Assembly (NCBI GenBank): GCA_035623855.1 | Contig: DASPSQ010000001.1 | Location: 46,092 to 110,091 of the forward strand | Source: Thermoplasmata archaeon | GTDB taxonomy: Archaea > Thermoplasmatota > Thermoplasmata > Lutacidiplasmatales > UBA184 | Direction: 5' to 3' | DNA: 64,000 nt | In this document: piece after piece, positions 27,094 to 36,052 of the stretch | Layout: every line of letters begins with the position of its first letter | How positions within the stretch are numbered: the stretch's first letter is position 1 | The notes under the pieces: generated by a model | Told to the model about the DNA's origin: nothing | The model's input: only the letters and a program-made list of their open reading frames with translations | Databases searched by the model: none | Position numbers and translations under genes: made by a program

Positions 27094-28752
27094 ATGCCCG
27101 ATTCGCCCTATCGCCATCTTTCCCATGCATACGGTCGCAACCATTTCTCCATTGACCGGCCGCTTCAGGAAATGCTGAGGGTTCACCTCGGCAAGCTTCC
27201 CGACCTGACGCGGCTGGGGGAGTTTGTCGGTAAGGAGCTCTACGAGGTCGCCGACTACGTCGATAAGTTCGGTCATCCCGAGCTCATCACCTGGAGCGTG
27301 GACGGCGAACGCGTCGACCGCACGTGGATGGCGCCCTCCGAGATGCGGGCCCTCGATTGGCTGATGAAGGAGGCCGCTGTCAATCAGGGTCCCTACCGTC
27401 GCGGAGACTGGTTCGAGCACTTCGCCGCGCTCTACCTGATCGCTGACCCGGGCGTGGGGTGCATCCTTACCGTCACGAACCAGACGGCGTACGCGATTCA
27501 CAAGTACGGCGACGCGGCCGCGAAAATCTACCTTCCGAGCCTCATCGGAGAGACGGACCCCGTCCGGTATGGCGCAACTTGGTTCACCGAGATCCAGGGT
27601 GGCAGCGACCTCGGGGCCAACCGGGTGACGGCGGAGCGCCACGATGGGCGATGGGTGGTCGACGGGGACACGAAGTACTTTGCGAGCAATGCCGGACTGG
27701 CCGAGCTCGCGCTGGTGACCGCCCGAGTCGAAGGAGGCGGGCCCGGTGTGAAGGGTCTTGGGCTGTTCTTGGTCCCCGAGCTGACCCAGGATGGGCGGCG
27801 CAATTTCCTCGTGCGCCGCTTGAAAGAGAAGAGCGGCACCATCGGAGTTCCGACCGGTGAGGTCGAGTTCCACCGCTCCGAGGCCCTCCTGCTCGGGGCG
27901 GCGGAGAAGGGAGTCTATTACACGCTCGAAAACCTGATGGTCTCTCGCCTCGCCAACTCGGTGGCCGCCCTCGGAATCGCACGGAAAGCGTACCTCGAGG
28001 CCTACTACTACGCCCAGGCCCGGAGCGCCTTCGGCCGGAAGCTCATCGACCACCCTCTGGTCCGACGCGACCTACTCGACCTCGAGGTGGCGATCGAAGG
28101 GGCCCTCGCGCTCACGTTCCGGGCCATCGAAGGGTTCCAGCGGGCTTGGACGGAAGAACCTCCGTACGGACCTCCGTACCACTTCGCCCGTCTTCTCGCC
28201 CACATCACCAAGAACGTGACCGCGGACATGTCCGCTCACGTCACGAGGGTCGCGATGGAACTCCACGGCGGCCTCGGATTCTTGCGGGAGTTCCCCATCG
28301 AACGGTGGCACCGAGAAGCCCTCATCACTCCGATCTGGGAGGGACCGAGCAACATCCAGGCGCTCGACCTTCTCGAGGTGATTGCCAAGAAAGGGGCGGA
28401 GAAGCTGCTGCTTCAGGAGCTCGCCCAGAGCGAACCGGGGGTTCATCTCGGACGCGAGACGTACGCCCTCGCCCGAACGCGCATCGAGCAGACCCTGGTC
28501 CGCCTCTCCTCGTGCTCGGAAGCGGAGGCCCAGTTCTTCGGGAAGGATTTCCTGAACGACCTCGGCCACGCCATCGCGGTGGCCCAGCTCGTCCGCATCG
28601 CGAACGCCCTTCCCTCTCCGCGCTTCGCCCGGGTCGCCGCTCTGTACGCCCGGCGGTTTATCGAAGGGCAACGCTACGACCTGCCCACCCTTCAAGAGGT
28701 CGACGAAGTAATCGAGATCGACCGGCTGCCCCCGGTCCGAGCCGACGGCTAA
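27094..28752 (+). CDS. acyl-CoA dehydrogenase family protein, long AidB-like form
   Basis: 552 aa. GATWFTEIQGGSDLGAN, the ACAD middle and C-terminal helical domains (WEGPSNIQALDLLEV) and a C-terminal extension, as in AidB-type ACADs. Confidence 0.7.
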   Translation: MPDSPYRHLSHAYGRNHFSIDRPLQEMLRVHLGKLPDLTRLGEFVGKELYEVADYVDKFGHPELITWSVDGERVDRTWMAPSEMRALDWLMKEAAVNQGPYRRGDWFEHFAALYLIADPGVGCILTVTNQTAYAIHKYGDAAAKIYLPSLIGETDPVRYGATWFTEIQGGSDLGANRVTAERHDGRWVVDGDTKYFASNAGLAELALVTARVEGGGPGVKGLGLFLVPELTQDGRRNFLVRRLKEKSGTIGVPTGEVEFHRSEALLLGAAEKGVYYTLENLMVSRLANSVAALGIARKAYLEAYYYAQARSAFGRKLIDHPLVRRDLLDLEVAIEGALALTFRAIEGFQRAWTEEPPYGPPYHFARLLAHITKNVTADMSAHVTRVAMELHGGLGFLREFPIERWHREALITPIWEGPSNIQALDLLEVIAKKGAEKLLLQELAQSEPGVHLGRETYALARTRIEQTLVRLSSCSEAEAQFFGKDFLNDLGHAIAVAQLVRIANALPSPRFARVAALYARRFIEGQRYDLPTLQEVDEVIEIDRLPPVRADG

Positions 28753-28925
28753 CGATCTTCGGCCGGATTGCCCAACCCCCCGGGACAATCCGGTCCTCCG
28801 AACGGGCTCGCGCGTACGCCCCTCCACTCCTCCCGCTCGAGAAGATCGGGCGAGGGGTCAGGTATATTCCGAGCTCCACGTTCGGTCGAAAACCCCACGG
28901 CCTACGCCGTTCCGAGGAGTCCTGA

Positions 28926-29963
28926 ATGTCGGGTCGAGTGAATCGACGATGGCTGGTGGCGAAGCGCTTCGACGGACAACTCACGGAAGCTAATTTTCGA
29001 TGGGTGGAGTCACCGGCTCCCGCTCCCGGCGAGGGTCAATTCCTAGTGCACAATCTCTGGCTCTCCTTCGACCCTACCCAGATCTTCATGCTCGGCCGAA
29101 GCGACGCCGTCGAACCGAATGACAGCGGAATCCCACTCGGCGAAGTGATGAACTGCATCGCGGTGTCGGAAGTGCTCGAGTCCCGGCACCCGGGTTTCGC
29201 GCCCGGGGACATCGTGCACGGCCACACCGCCTGGGAGGACTACACGGTCACAGACGGCCAGAGTTTCACCCCCACTTATCGGGTCCCGGAGGGAGTTCCC
29301 GCCAACTGGGCGGTCGGCGTGCTTGGACTCACGGGACTGGTGGCGTACTTCGGGGTCCACGAAATTGCGCGGCCCAAACCGGATGAGACCCTCGTCATCT
29401 CCGGAGCTGCCGGCGGCGTGGGGTCGATCGCATCCCAGCTCGCCAAGATCTACGGGCTCCGGGTCATCGGCATCGCCGGAAGTCCGGCGAAGTGCGAGTG
29501 GCTCCTGCACGAAGCAGGCGTGGACGGCGTGATCAATTACCGGACGGAGGACGTCGGAAAGCGGCTCACCGAACTTTGTCCGGACGGGATTGACATCTTC
29601 TTCGACAACGACGGTGGGCCCACCCTCGATATCGCCCTCGATCGGTTGCGGGCCGGGGGCCGGGTCGTGCTCTGCGGTGCGACCTCACGATACGCCGCCA
29701 AGCCCCAGCCCCCGGGTCCCGTCAACTACCTCGCCCTCGTCATGGTCAATGGACGGATGGAGGGACTCCTGGGACGGGACTACATCCCTCGGCGAGCCGA
29801 GGCGGTCGATGCCATGCTACCGTTGCTTCGTTCGGGCCGTCTCAAGTCGAAGGAGGACGTGTTGGTCGGGCTTCGCGAGGCACCGAGAGGCCTCGCGAGG
29901 CTCTACTCGGGGGACAATATCGGAAAGCAACTCCTCCGAATGGACCCGGCTCCGGGGAATTGA
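28926..29963 (+). CDS. NADP-dependent oxidoreductase, MDR superfamily (YncB/LTB4 12-HD-like)
   Basis: Rossmann motif SGAAGGVGSIASQLAKIYGLRVIGIAGS. It is paralogous (about half of residues identical by eye) to 36618..37649. Confidence 0.8.
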   Translation: MSGRVNRRWLVAKRFDGQLTEANFRWVESPAPAPGEGQFLVHNLWLSFDPTQIFMLGRSDAVEPNDSGIPLGEVMNCIAVSEVLESRHPGFAPGDIVHGHTAWEDYTVTDGQSFTPTYRVPEGVPANWAVGVLGLTGLVAYFGVHEIARPKPDETLVISGAAGGVGSIASQLAKIYGLRVIGIAGSPAKCEWLLHEAGVDGVINYRTEDVGKRLTELCPDGIDIFFDNDGGPTLDIALDRLRAGGRVVLCGATSRYAAKPQPPGPVNYLALVMVNGRMEGLLGRDYIPRRAEAVDAMLPLLRSGRLKSKEDVLVGLREAPRGLARLYSGDNIGKQLLRMDPAPGN

Positions 29964-30142
29964 CGGGAAGTTCAGTTGGTACGCAACGCCGTTACGTGGC
30001 TCGAGGGACGAACGGTCTCCGGGGGACGACTTTCTCCCTGGTTCGGGCGGCCACCAGCGCACCGACCGCCTCCACCCCCCGACGGGACCTTCATGCCCTT
30101 GGCCGGGGTGAATGACCCCGTAGAACTCTGGGTCGATGAGTA

Positions 30143-30171
30143 GGTATTTATCCCTATTGATGCGTATTTAT
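30143..30171 (+). promoter_or_regulatory. two direct copies of a TATA-like element (gtatttat) about 20 nt apart, upstream of the flotillin-GTPase operon (coordinates approximate)
   Basis: taggtatttatccctattgatgcgtatttatttca is the only AT-rich patch between the oxidoreductase gene and the operon. Confidence 0.35.
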
Positions 30172-30327
30172 TTCATCGGGCTCCTGCTGACGGCGGGAGT
30201 CGACCGAAGGGGGAAGGAAGCTGATGGCGGACCCAGCTCGCTCGGGCCACGTCGGAAGCTCTCTCGCCCCCCTCGGAGTTTTTTCGAACCCAGCGTCCAC
30301 GTCTGCTAACCCCGCCCGGGTCGACGG

Positions 30328-31380
30328 TTGGCACCAGGAGCGCCCCGCGCTTGCCGCACGCGGCGTCCCTTCCGGGGTGTGGCAAGGCAGAATGTGGTGC
30401 TCATCGATTTAGCCTGGCCGATCGCCGAGGCAGGTGGATTCGTAGCCGCGACGGCATTCGCGGTTTGGCTGGTCTACACCCGGTGCAGTGTTCGGGTACC
30501 GCCGAACCGCGCGCTGGTCCTCTTCGGTCGCCGAGCTCCCCGGCCTGCTTCCGACTCCCCGCTCATTCCCTCCGACGTGACGCTCCGCCGACCGAGAATC
30601 GTGGTCGGAGGGAGGGCGTTCGTCGCTCCCTGGGACCGAGGGGTGGGGTACCTTTCGCTCGCGCCGATCGCGGTCGAGGTGACGGTCCGTTCGATGCATG
30701 CGCTCGAAGGGACGCGGGCCTCGGGTTGGGAAGTCCGAGTGCAGGCGCAGGCGAAGGTCCCGGCCGAGCCGGGCTTTCTCTCCGTGGCCTCGGAGAACCT
30801 GCTCGGCAAGACGGATGAGGAGGTCCGTTCGCTGATCGTCCGGACCTTAGAGGGAGCCATCCCCGCCGTCCTCGCTCGGGTCAAGACCGAGGACGGGGAA
30901 CCCGACTGGGACCGCCTGGCCGCCGAGATCCAGGCGTGCGCGGCCCCCGACCTCGTCGCGGTGGGACTCACGGTCCGCACCCTAACGGTCACCGAACTCC
31001 ACCGGATCTCGCCTCCGGCCCCCGCTGCGATCGCCCCCTTCCCGAAAGCGGACCCGGACCGAGACCGAGTGGTCGAAGCCATCGGCTCCCGCTTGAGCGG
31101 TCTCGATGCCCGTCTTGACCGCACGGAGCGGAGTCTGAGAACTCTGGGGGAAGCGATCCTGCGGACCATCCGGCGTCCGGGACTGGAGCTTGACCCTCCG
31201 AGCCACCCGTCCGTGTTCGACCGTCCGTTGGGTTCGGACGTTGCCGCCGTCGAGCCGGCGAGTTCGGACGCTTTCCTTCACGATCCTTCGGGGGGCGAGC
31301 TTTCGCCCCGCCCGCGAACGTCGCCGTTGGGCGACCTGGCGCGAGAGCGGTCGGGCGATTCCCGGTTCCCGTTGGAGTAA
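30328..31380 (+). CDS. flotillin-like SPFH/band-7 domain membrane protein
   Basis: TM helix IAEAGGFVAATAFAVWLVY. Then VPPNRALVLFGRR..RIVVGGRAFVAPWDRGVGYLSLAPIAVEVTVRS..LLGKTDEEVRSLIVRTLEGAIPAVLARVKTED aligns block by block with flotillin-1 ([67 protein letters not shown]). The ORF-track start is a TTG and the true start is probably an internal GTG near 30379-30397. Confidence 0.8.
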   Translation: MAPGAPRACRTRRPFRGVARQNVVLIDLAWPIAEAGGFVAATAFAVWLVYTRCSVRVPPNRALVLFGRRAPRPASDSPLIPSDVTLRRPRIVVGGRAFVAPWDRGVGYLSLAPIAVEVTVRSMHALEGTRASGWEVRVQAQAKVPAEPGFLSVASENLLGKTDEEVRSLIVRTLEGAIPAVLARVKTEDGEPDWDRLAAEIQACAAPDLVAVGLTVRTLTVTELHRISPPAPAAIAPFPKADPDRDRVVEAIGSRLSGLDARLDRTERSLRTLGEAILRTIRRPGLELDPPSHPSVFDRPLGSDVAAVEPASSDAFLHDPSGGELSPRPRTSPLGDLARERSGDSRFPLE

Positions 31381-31401
31381 GCAAAGGAGAGAAAGAAAAC
31401 C

Positions 31402-32421
31402 ATGTGTCCGGCAGCAATTTTGGGCGACCGTGCGTGCGGAAAGACGACCTTCCTTGGGCTCCTCTATGCGGCTCAAGTGAAGTACGGAACCCGGGTGTTG
31501 GATTCGTTCCGATTCCACGCCCCGCTCCAGTCGTTGCGCCTCATGAGCCAGGTCTACGAGGGGATGAAAGACGCCCGATTCCCCGGGGCCACGCTCAAGG
31601 ACGAAATGACGGAAATCGGCTTCGTGTTCGGGTATCGTAAGCCCATTTCAGGACGCCTCCCGGCCGCGCTCAAGGACAAGAACTGGGTGAATCCGTTCGC
31701 GAAGCTATCCTTCGCAGCGTACGACGTATCCGGCGAGGACGTCCAGGAGTTCATCGAGACCGGGGTGGCCGCGAGCCCGATCATTCAGCAGCTGCTGAAG
31801 AGCCATGTCGTCGTCATTCTGGTCGACTGCAGCAAGATGACGACCGAGATCGACTCGCCCGTGTTCCGGCAGATGCTGAAGTACGACAGCGAGGTCGCGA
31901 GCCTCCTCGTCTCCCTCCAGACGTACAAGAAGCAGGAGTTCTCGCGGATGAAGACCCAGGGACTGAGCGTCGGCAACCCGGTGATCTACCCGGCGATCGT
32001 CCTCTCGAAGTTCGACTGCGTCCGGGACGAGGTACTGGTGAAGCTGGGGCTCCACCGAGGAGTTCCCGACGGGGAGCAGAAGCGGCGGCGCAAGGAGTAC
32101 GCGGAGGCGCTCCTCCGTGTGTTCATGCCGCAGACGCTCTCGCAGATCCGCGGCGGCAAGGTCGCCGGGGTCAACTTCGACCAAGCGGCGTACTTCTTCA
32201 GCTGGGTCCGAACCGAGACGGCCGAGGCCGGCATGCAGCCGCTCGGCGTGCCGCGCATCGTTCGGAAGGGATTCTCGGCCGAAGGCGGCGCGGAGCCGGA
32301 CTTCTCCTACGACGACTATGTCGCGTTCATCGAGCACTTCCGCGACGTCGCGAACAAGGTGCCCGACGAGATCGTCGAGCAGACCACGCTCCAGACCCCG
32401 CCCACCGCGGCGACCGCCTAG
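31402..32421 (+). CDS. small GTPase of Arf/SRbeta/MglA-like type with long C-terminal extension
   Basis: G1 ILGDRACGKTTFLGLL, G3 AAYDVSGED (DxxG), G4 LSKFD (NKxD-like). The ATG is preceded by aaggagag. Confidence 0.7.
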   Translation: MCPAAILGDRACGKTTFLGLLYAAQVKYGTRVLDSFRFHAPLQSLRLMSQVYEGMKDARFPGATLKDEMTEIGFVFGYRKPISGRLPAALKDKNWVNPFAKLSFAAYDVSGEDVQEFIETGVAASPIIQQLLKSHVVVILVDCSKMTTEIDSPVFRQMLKYDSEVASLLVSLQTYKKQEFSRMKTQGLSVGNPVIYPAIVLSKFDCVRDEVLVKLGLHRGVPDGEQKRRRKEYAEALLRVFMPQTLSQIRGGKVAGVNFDQAAYFFSWVRTETAEAGMQPLGVPRIVRKGFSAEGGAEPDFSYDDYVAFIEHFRDVANKVPDEIVEQTTLQTPPTAATA

Positions 32422-32470
32422 GGGCCGAGGCGCGACCGGACGGAACGCACGCACGGGAGGAGCAACTACG

Positions 32471-33283
32471 ATGAGCGACGCAACGGTGCTCGAGCTCGAG
32501 CACTGGATCTACGGAGCCAGCCACGAGAAAGGGTACGGGACGAAGGCCGAGTCCCGCGGCCTCAACGGGCCGCTCTACATGCGCTACCTCGAGAATCACC
32601 TGACACCCGTTCGGGTCGAGAAGACCGCGGGCGGCGGGACGTTGATCGACGCGCGGATGATCCATCCCGCCCCCGCGAATCGCGAGGTCCTGCTGTCGAT
32701 CCTGGGTCGAGGAGTCGCGGACGAGTACAACCGGCCCACGATCGCGAACCACACCGTCGTCATCCCCTACGACGCCCTTCGCACCGGTCAGCTTCGATTC
32801 GCCGATGTCGAAGCCGCCACGGTCGAGTTCGACCACAAGTTCCCGAAGGCCCTCGGCAAGGTCGACCCGATCCCGGTGAAGCTGCGCGCGCCCGGAGAGT
32901 CCCAAGAACCGCGGGGGTCGGGGATTCGCCGACTGATCACGAAGGCCGCGGTCGACACGCTCGCCAGCCGGTTCCTCGCGGACCACCAGGGACGAACCCT
33001 GATCCTCTGCCGGGGGAGCTCGAACCAGTACCGCAACGAGCTCCTCTACCACCTCGTGGAGCTCCTGCACGCCGGGGAGGAGATCGCGCTCTTCCCTGCC
33101 ATCAGCGACGCCCCGACCCTGAGCGCGATGAATCACTTCCGCCTCGCGATCTCGTCGCGCGGGGTTCGAGCGGATGGGTCGTGGACCCTGCTCGATGCGA
33201 GCATCGACCAGCCGACACTCCCTCCGATCAAGGGGAAGAGCCTCGTCTACAACCGCATCGCGGAGGCGTTCGCGTCGACGTAG
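32471..33283 (+). CDS. hypothetical protein between the two GTPase paralogs
   Basis: 270 aa. The ATG is preceded by gggagg, and it has the same codon-usage appearance as its neighbours. No motif recognised. Confidence 0.5.
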   Translation: MSDATVLELEHWIYGASHEKGYGTKAESRGLNGPLYMRYLENHLTPVRVEKTAGGGTLIDARMIHPAPANREVLLSILGRGVADEYNRPTIANHTVVIPYDALRTGQLRFADVEAATVEFDHKFPKALGKVDPIPVKLRAPGESQEPRGSGIRRLITKAAVDTLASRFLADHQGRTLILCRGSSNQYRNELLYHLVELLHAGEEIALFPAISDAPTLSAMNHFRLAISSRGVRADGSWTLLDASIDQPTLPPIKGKSLVYNRIAEAFAST

Positions 33284-33322
33284 GGCGAGCGTCACGAGAA
33301 CTCATTCGACCGAGGCCGGGCT

Positions 33323-34273
33323 GTGGGATCCGCGCTAGTCGTTGGCGACCGCGGCTCCGGCCTCACCACTTTCGTGGGACTCCTCTACGCGGCGCAGCTT
33401 CGGCTCGGTACCGAGGAGAGGGATGAATTCCGCTTCTCGGCGGACCGGGAGACGATTCGCCAGCTTGAGGGGATCTACGGGGAGCTGGTGGCCGGCCGAT
33501 TCCCCGATTGGGACGCGGACTGGGACACCCACCCCCTATCGTTCGTCTTCGCGTTCCGGTCCGGCACCTTCCCCCGGCTGAGGGGTGCCGGGGTAAGTCA
33601 CGATGGAGGGTTCGATTCGTTCCGGGTTCAGGTCGGGGGAATTTCGGTGGAAACGGTGGCCGAGTTGTCCGAGCACGATGCCATCCTCGAGAATTCCACG
33701 CGCGAGCTGCTCCGGAGCCCCGTCGTGCTTCCGCTCGTCGACGCGTCACGGCTCCTACCGTTGGTCGAGGAGATGGACCGACGCCCGCTCGAACGGTACG
33801 ACCGAATGCTCGCGGCGACCCTTGACCTGCTATCTCGCTTCCTATCGGCGGGGCGGGTCCGAAAGCTTCGGACCCTCTACCCAATGTTCGTGGTCACGAA
33901 GTTGGACCAGTGCCCTTCCGAGACCCTGAAACGCTTCCACATCCCCGCCGGCGTTCCGTCGAGTTGGCCCGCCGGGACCCGAGAGTCGGTGGGGGAGAAC
34001 ATCCTGACCTCCTACCTCCCGGAGACCCTTCGACTCATCCGGACGACGAAGGGTCGAAGGGGGGGCAGTATCGCGCTACCGAAATGGTTCTTTAGCGGCC
34101 TTCAGCTGGTTGCAGGACCCGAGGGGGTACGAATCGCTCGACGCTCCCGGATCCCCGTTGGCGGCTGGGAGCCGGAATACCCCTTCGAGGAATACCGGAT
34201 ACTCATTCGCCAGTTGGCCGTGCTGGCGCACCGCCTTCCCACTTGGGACGAAAGCACTCTTCGCCCCGATTAG
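33323..34273 (+). CDS. paralog of the upstream small GTPase with a degenerate P-loop (pseudo-GTPase)
   Basis: LVVGDRGSGLTTFVGLLYAAQ versus AILGDRACGKTTFLGLLYAAQ: the Walker-A Lys is replaced by Leu. The G4 VTKLD is retained. GTG start. Confidence 0.65.
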   Translation: MGSALVVGDRGSGLTTFVGLLYAAQLRLGTEERDEFRFSADRETIRQLEGIYGELVAGRFPDWDADWDTHPLSFVFAFRSGTFPRLRGAGVSHDGGFDSFRVQVGGISVETVAELSEHDAILENSTRELLRSPVVLPLVDASRLLPLVEEMDRRPLERYDRMLAATLDLLSRFLSAGRVRKLRTLYPMFVVTKLDQCPSETLKRFHIPAGVPSSWPAGTRESVGENILTSYLPETLRLIRTTKGRRGGSIALPKWFFSGLQLVAGPEGVRIARRSRIPVGGWEPEYPFEEYRILIRQLAVLAHRLPTWDESTLRPD

Positions 34274-35835
34274 GCGGCTCGCTTCGCCGTGAATCGGAAG
34301 CCCTTCTCGTGCGAGCCTTCTCGCACGACCGTCCATGCTCCGATGGTCCAAGTTTCGTCGGACGGATGCCACTGGGGGTCGCCTCGTGCTAGGTCGCCGA
34401 GCTCCGCCTCAAGGTACTCATGGTCCGTCACGACCTCCGGCACGAGCGAGCCTTTCTGGAGCAACGTGGCGAGCAGCGGTAGTCCGGCCGGGCGACCCCG
34501 CCACTTGATCGAGAGGAACGACTGTCGGAACTCGGGGTCTTCCAAGAGGAGGCTCCGAAGCTGGGCGTACGCCGTACTGCTGTGACACTCCTTAGGAGGT
34601 GTCTCGAGCCGCCGTCGCTCTCTCCGACGCTCTTTCACCACCCGACGCCACGCGGCGGCGTCCACTTCTTCGGCCGTCCAGATGGTGGTGGCATCCACCT
34701 CCTCGGCCTCGTCGGAGTCCGCTCCTTCGGCCTCTTCCGTCGCGGTGCCTACCCCTGTTTCAACGGGACCCCGGCCTCTGCCCGTCAGCTTTCGGCCCGG
34801 TCGTCCGGTCACTAAGCTGTAGGCGAGGGCCGCACCGGTCATGTTGCCCACCGGAGGCCGAATCTGGACTTCGTCGCACTCGGGGTACCGGTTCGGATGC
34901 AGGATGATGAACGGGCCGGTCTCGGGACCGCTGAACAGTTGGGCGAGCGCATCGTTGATGGTGGGCACCTGCCGGCGAACCGCGAGCTCGCTCAACCGAA
35001 CGAGCGGGACCGGTCCCTCCTTGTCCCGGCGGCGCACGGTCAGGTCGTCCAGAATCGCCTGGGCGACCTCGGCCCGGATCTGCTGGATCGGCGCCCGGCT
35101 CAGGGAAGACTCCACCCAGCGGTTCCGACGCAAACTTTGTCGCACTCGGCCTCCCAACGACCCTGACCGCGATGCTTGGGCGTAGACGGACCCGAGCCGC
35201 AGGTTGAGCCACGGTTGGAGCCGGCCTCCGCTGACACGGGAGTCGGCGAAGAGCCCCGCCCAGCTTTCCGCCATTCGATCGGACCAATCCTCCTGGCGGG
35301 GACTATTCTGGTACCAAAGGAACACTTGGTCCCGGAGAAATGCTCCCGCGCTCAAGGGGTCGTCCAATTCCTGTTTCACCCGAGCCATCAGGGCTTCGGC
35401 CTGCCGGGTGATGGCGGAGAGGAGGACCGAATCTCCTCGCGCCGCCTCGATGAGGTCCGGAAACCTCTGAGCGTTGAGCGCTTGGATGTTGAAACGCTCC
35501 ATCGGATTGGTCTGCAGGAATTCGGCAAGAATCGGGGGCCGCAGCGCGCCGCCAATGTTCCGGCCGGCCGGGGGGATCACCGTTCGGCTGACCGACGCCA
35601 TGGCATCGGGCCGAGCGAGGGTCGCCTCCTCCCGAGCTCGGGCCGAAGGGGCCGGATGCTCCAACATCTTCTCCGTTTCTTCGACGGATGGAGAGACGCC
35701 TCGGTCGGAGATGGATCGGAGCCGTCCGAGCTCACGCCGACGGTCGGTACGCTCCTCGTCGATCCGAGCGCGCTCGACGGCCCTCCGCTGCTCGCGGTCG
35801 CGCAAAATGCGCGCCGCGTCCGACTCATCAGACAT
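34270..35835 (-). CDS. hypothetical protein (521 aa) with Arg/Glu-rich N-terminus and an acidic linker
   Basis: Long minus-strand ORF convergent to the GTPase operon. It overlaps the stop of the pseudo-GTPase gene by 4 nt. Confidence 0.5.
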   Translation of the reverse strand: MSDESDAARILRDREQRRAVERARIDEERTDRRRELGRLRSISDRGVSPSVEETEKMLEHPAPSARAREEATLARPDAMASVSRTVIPPAGRNIGGALRPPILAEFLQTNPMERFNIQALNAQRFPDLIEAARGDSVLLSAITRQAEALMARVKQELDDPLSAGAFLRDQVFLWYQNSPRQEDWSDRMAESWAGLFADSRVSGGRLQPWLNLRLGSVYAQASRSGSLGGRVRQSLRRNRWVESSLSRAPIQQIRAEVAQAILDDLTVRRRDKEGPVPLVRLSELAVRRQVPTINDALAQLFSGPETGPFIILHPNRYPECDEVQIRPPVGNMTGAALAYSLVTGRPGRKLTGRGRGPVETGVGTATEEAEGADSDEAEEVDATTIWTAEEVDAAAWRRVVKERRRERRRLETPPKECHSSTAYAQLRSLLLEDPEFRQSFLSIKWRGRPAGLPLLATLLQKGSLVPEVVTDHEYLEAELGDLARGDPQWHPSDETWTIGAWTVVREGSHEKGFRFTAKRAA

Positions 35836-36052
35836 CGCTAGGGGCGAGACCGCTCCCTAGACGAAAAAAGTGGTTTCTCCAGGCATTAATGGTTTCGGAT
35901 TTCGTGGGGGATTGCCGGGTCTGGCTCCCAACGTTTTCCGGGGCGTCCGAAGTGCTGAATCCTACTGAAAATCACTCTCGCCGGGTGCTTCCCGTCCTGC
36001 CCGGATCGAAGCCCCGGCAGTGTTCCGAAGCCCGCTCTAACGCAACAGCGGA

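Noticed and set aside
32327-33295. 322-aa minus-strand ORF
   Set aside because: It is antisense to protein B of the GTPase operon. The plus-strand genes form a coherent SD-led operon.
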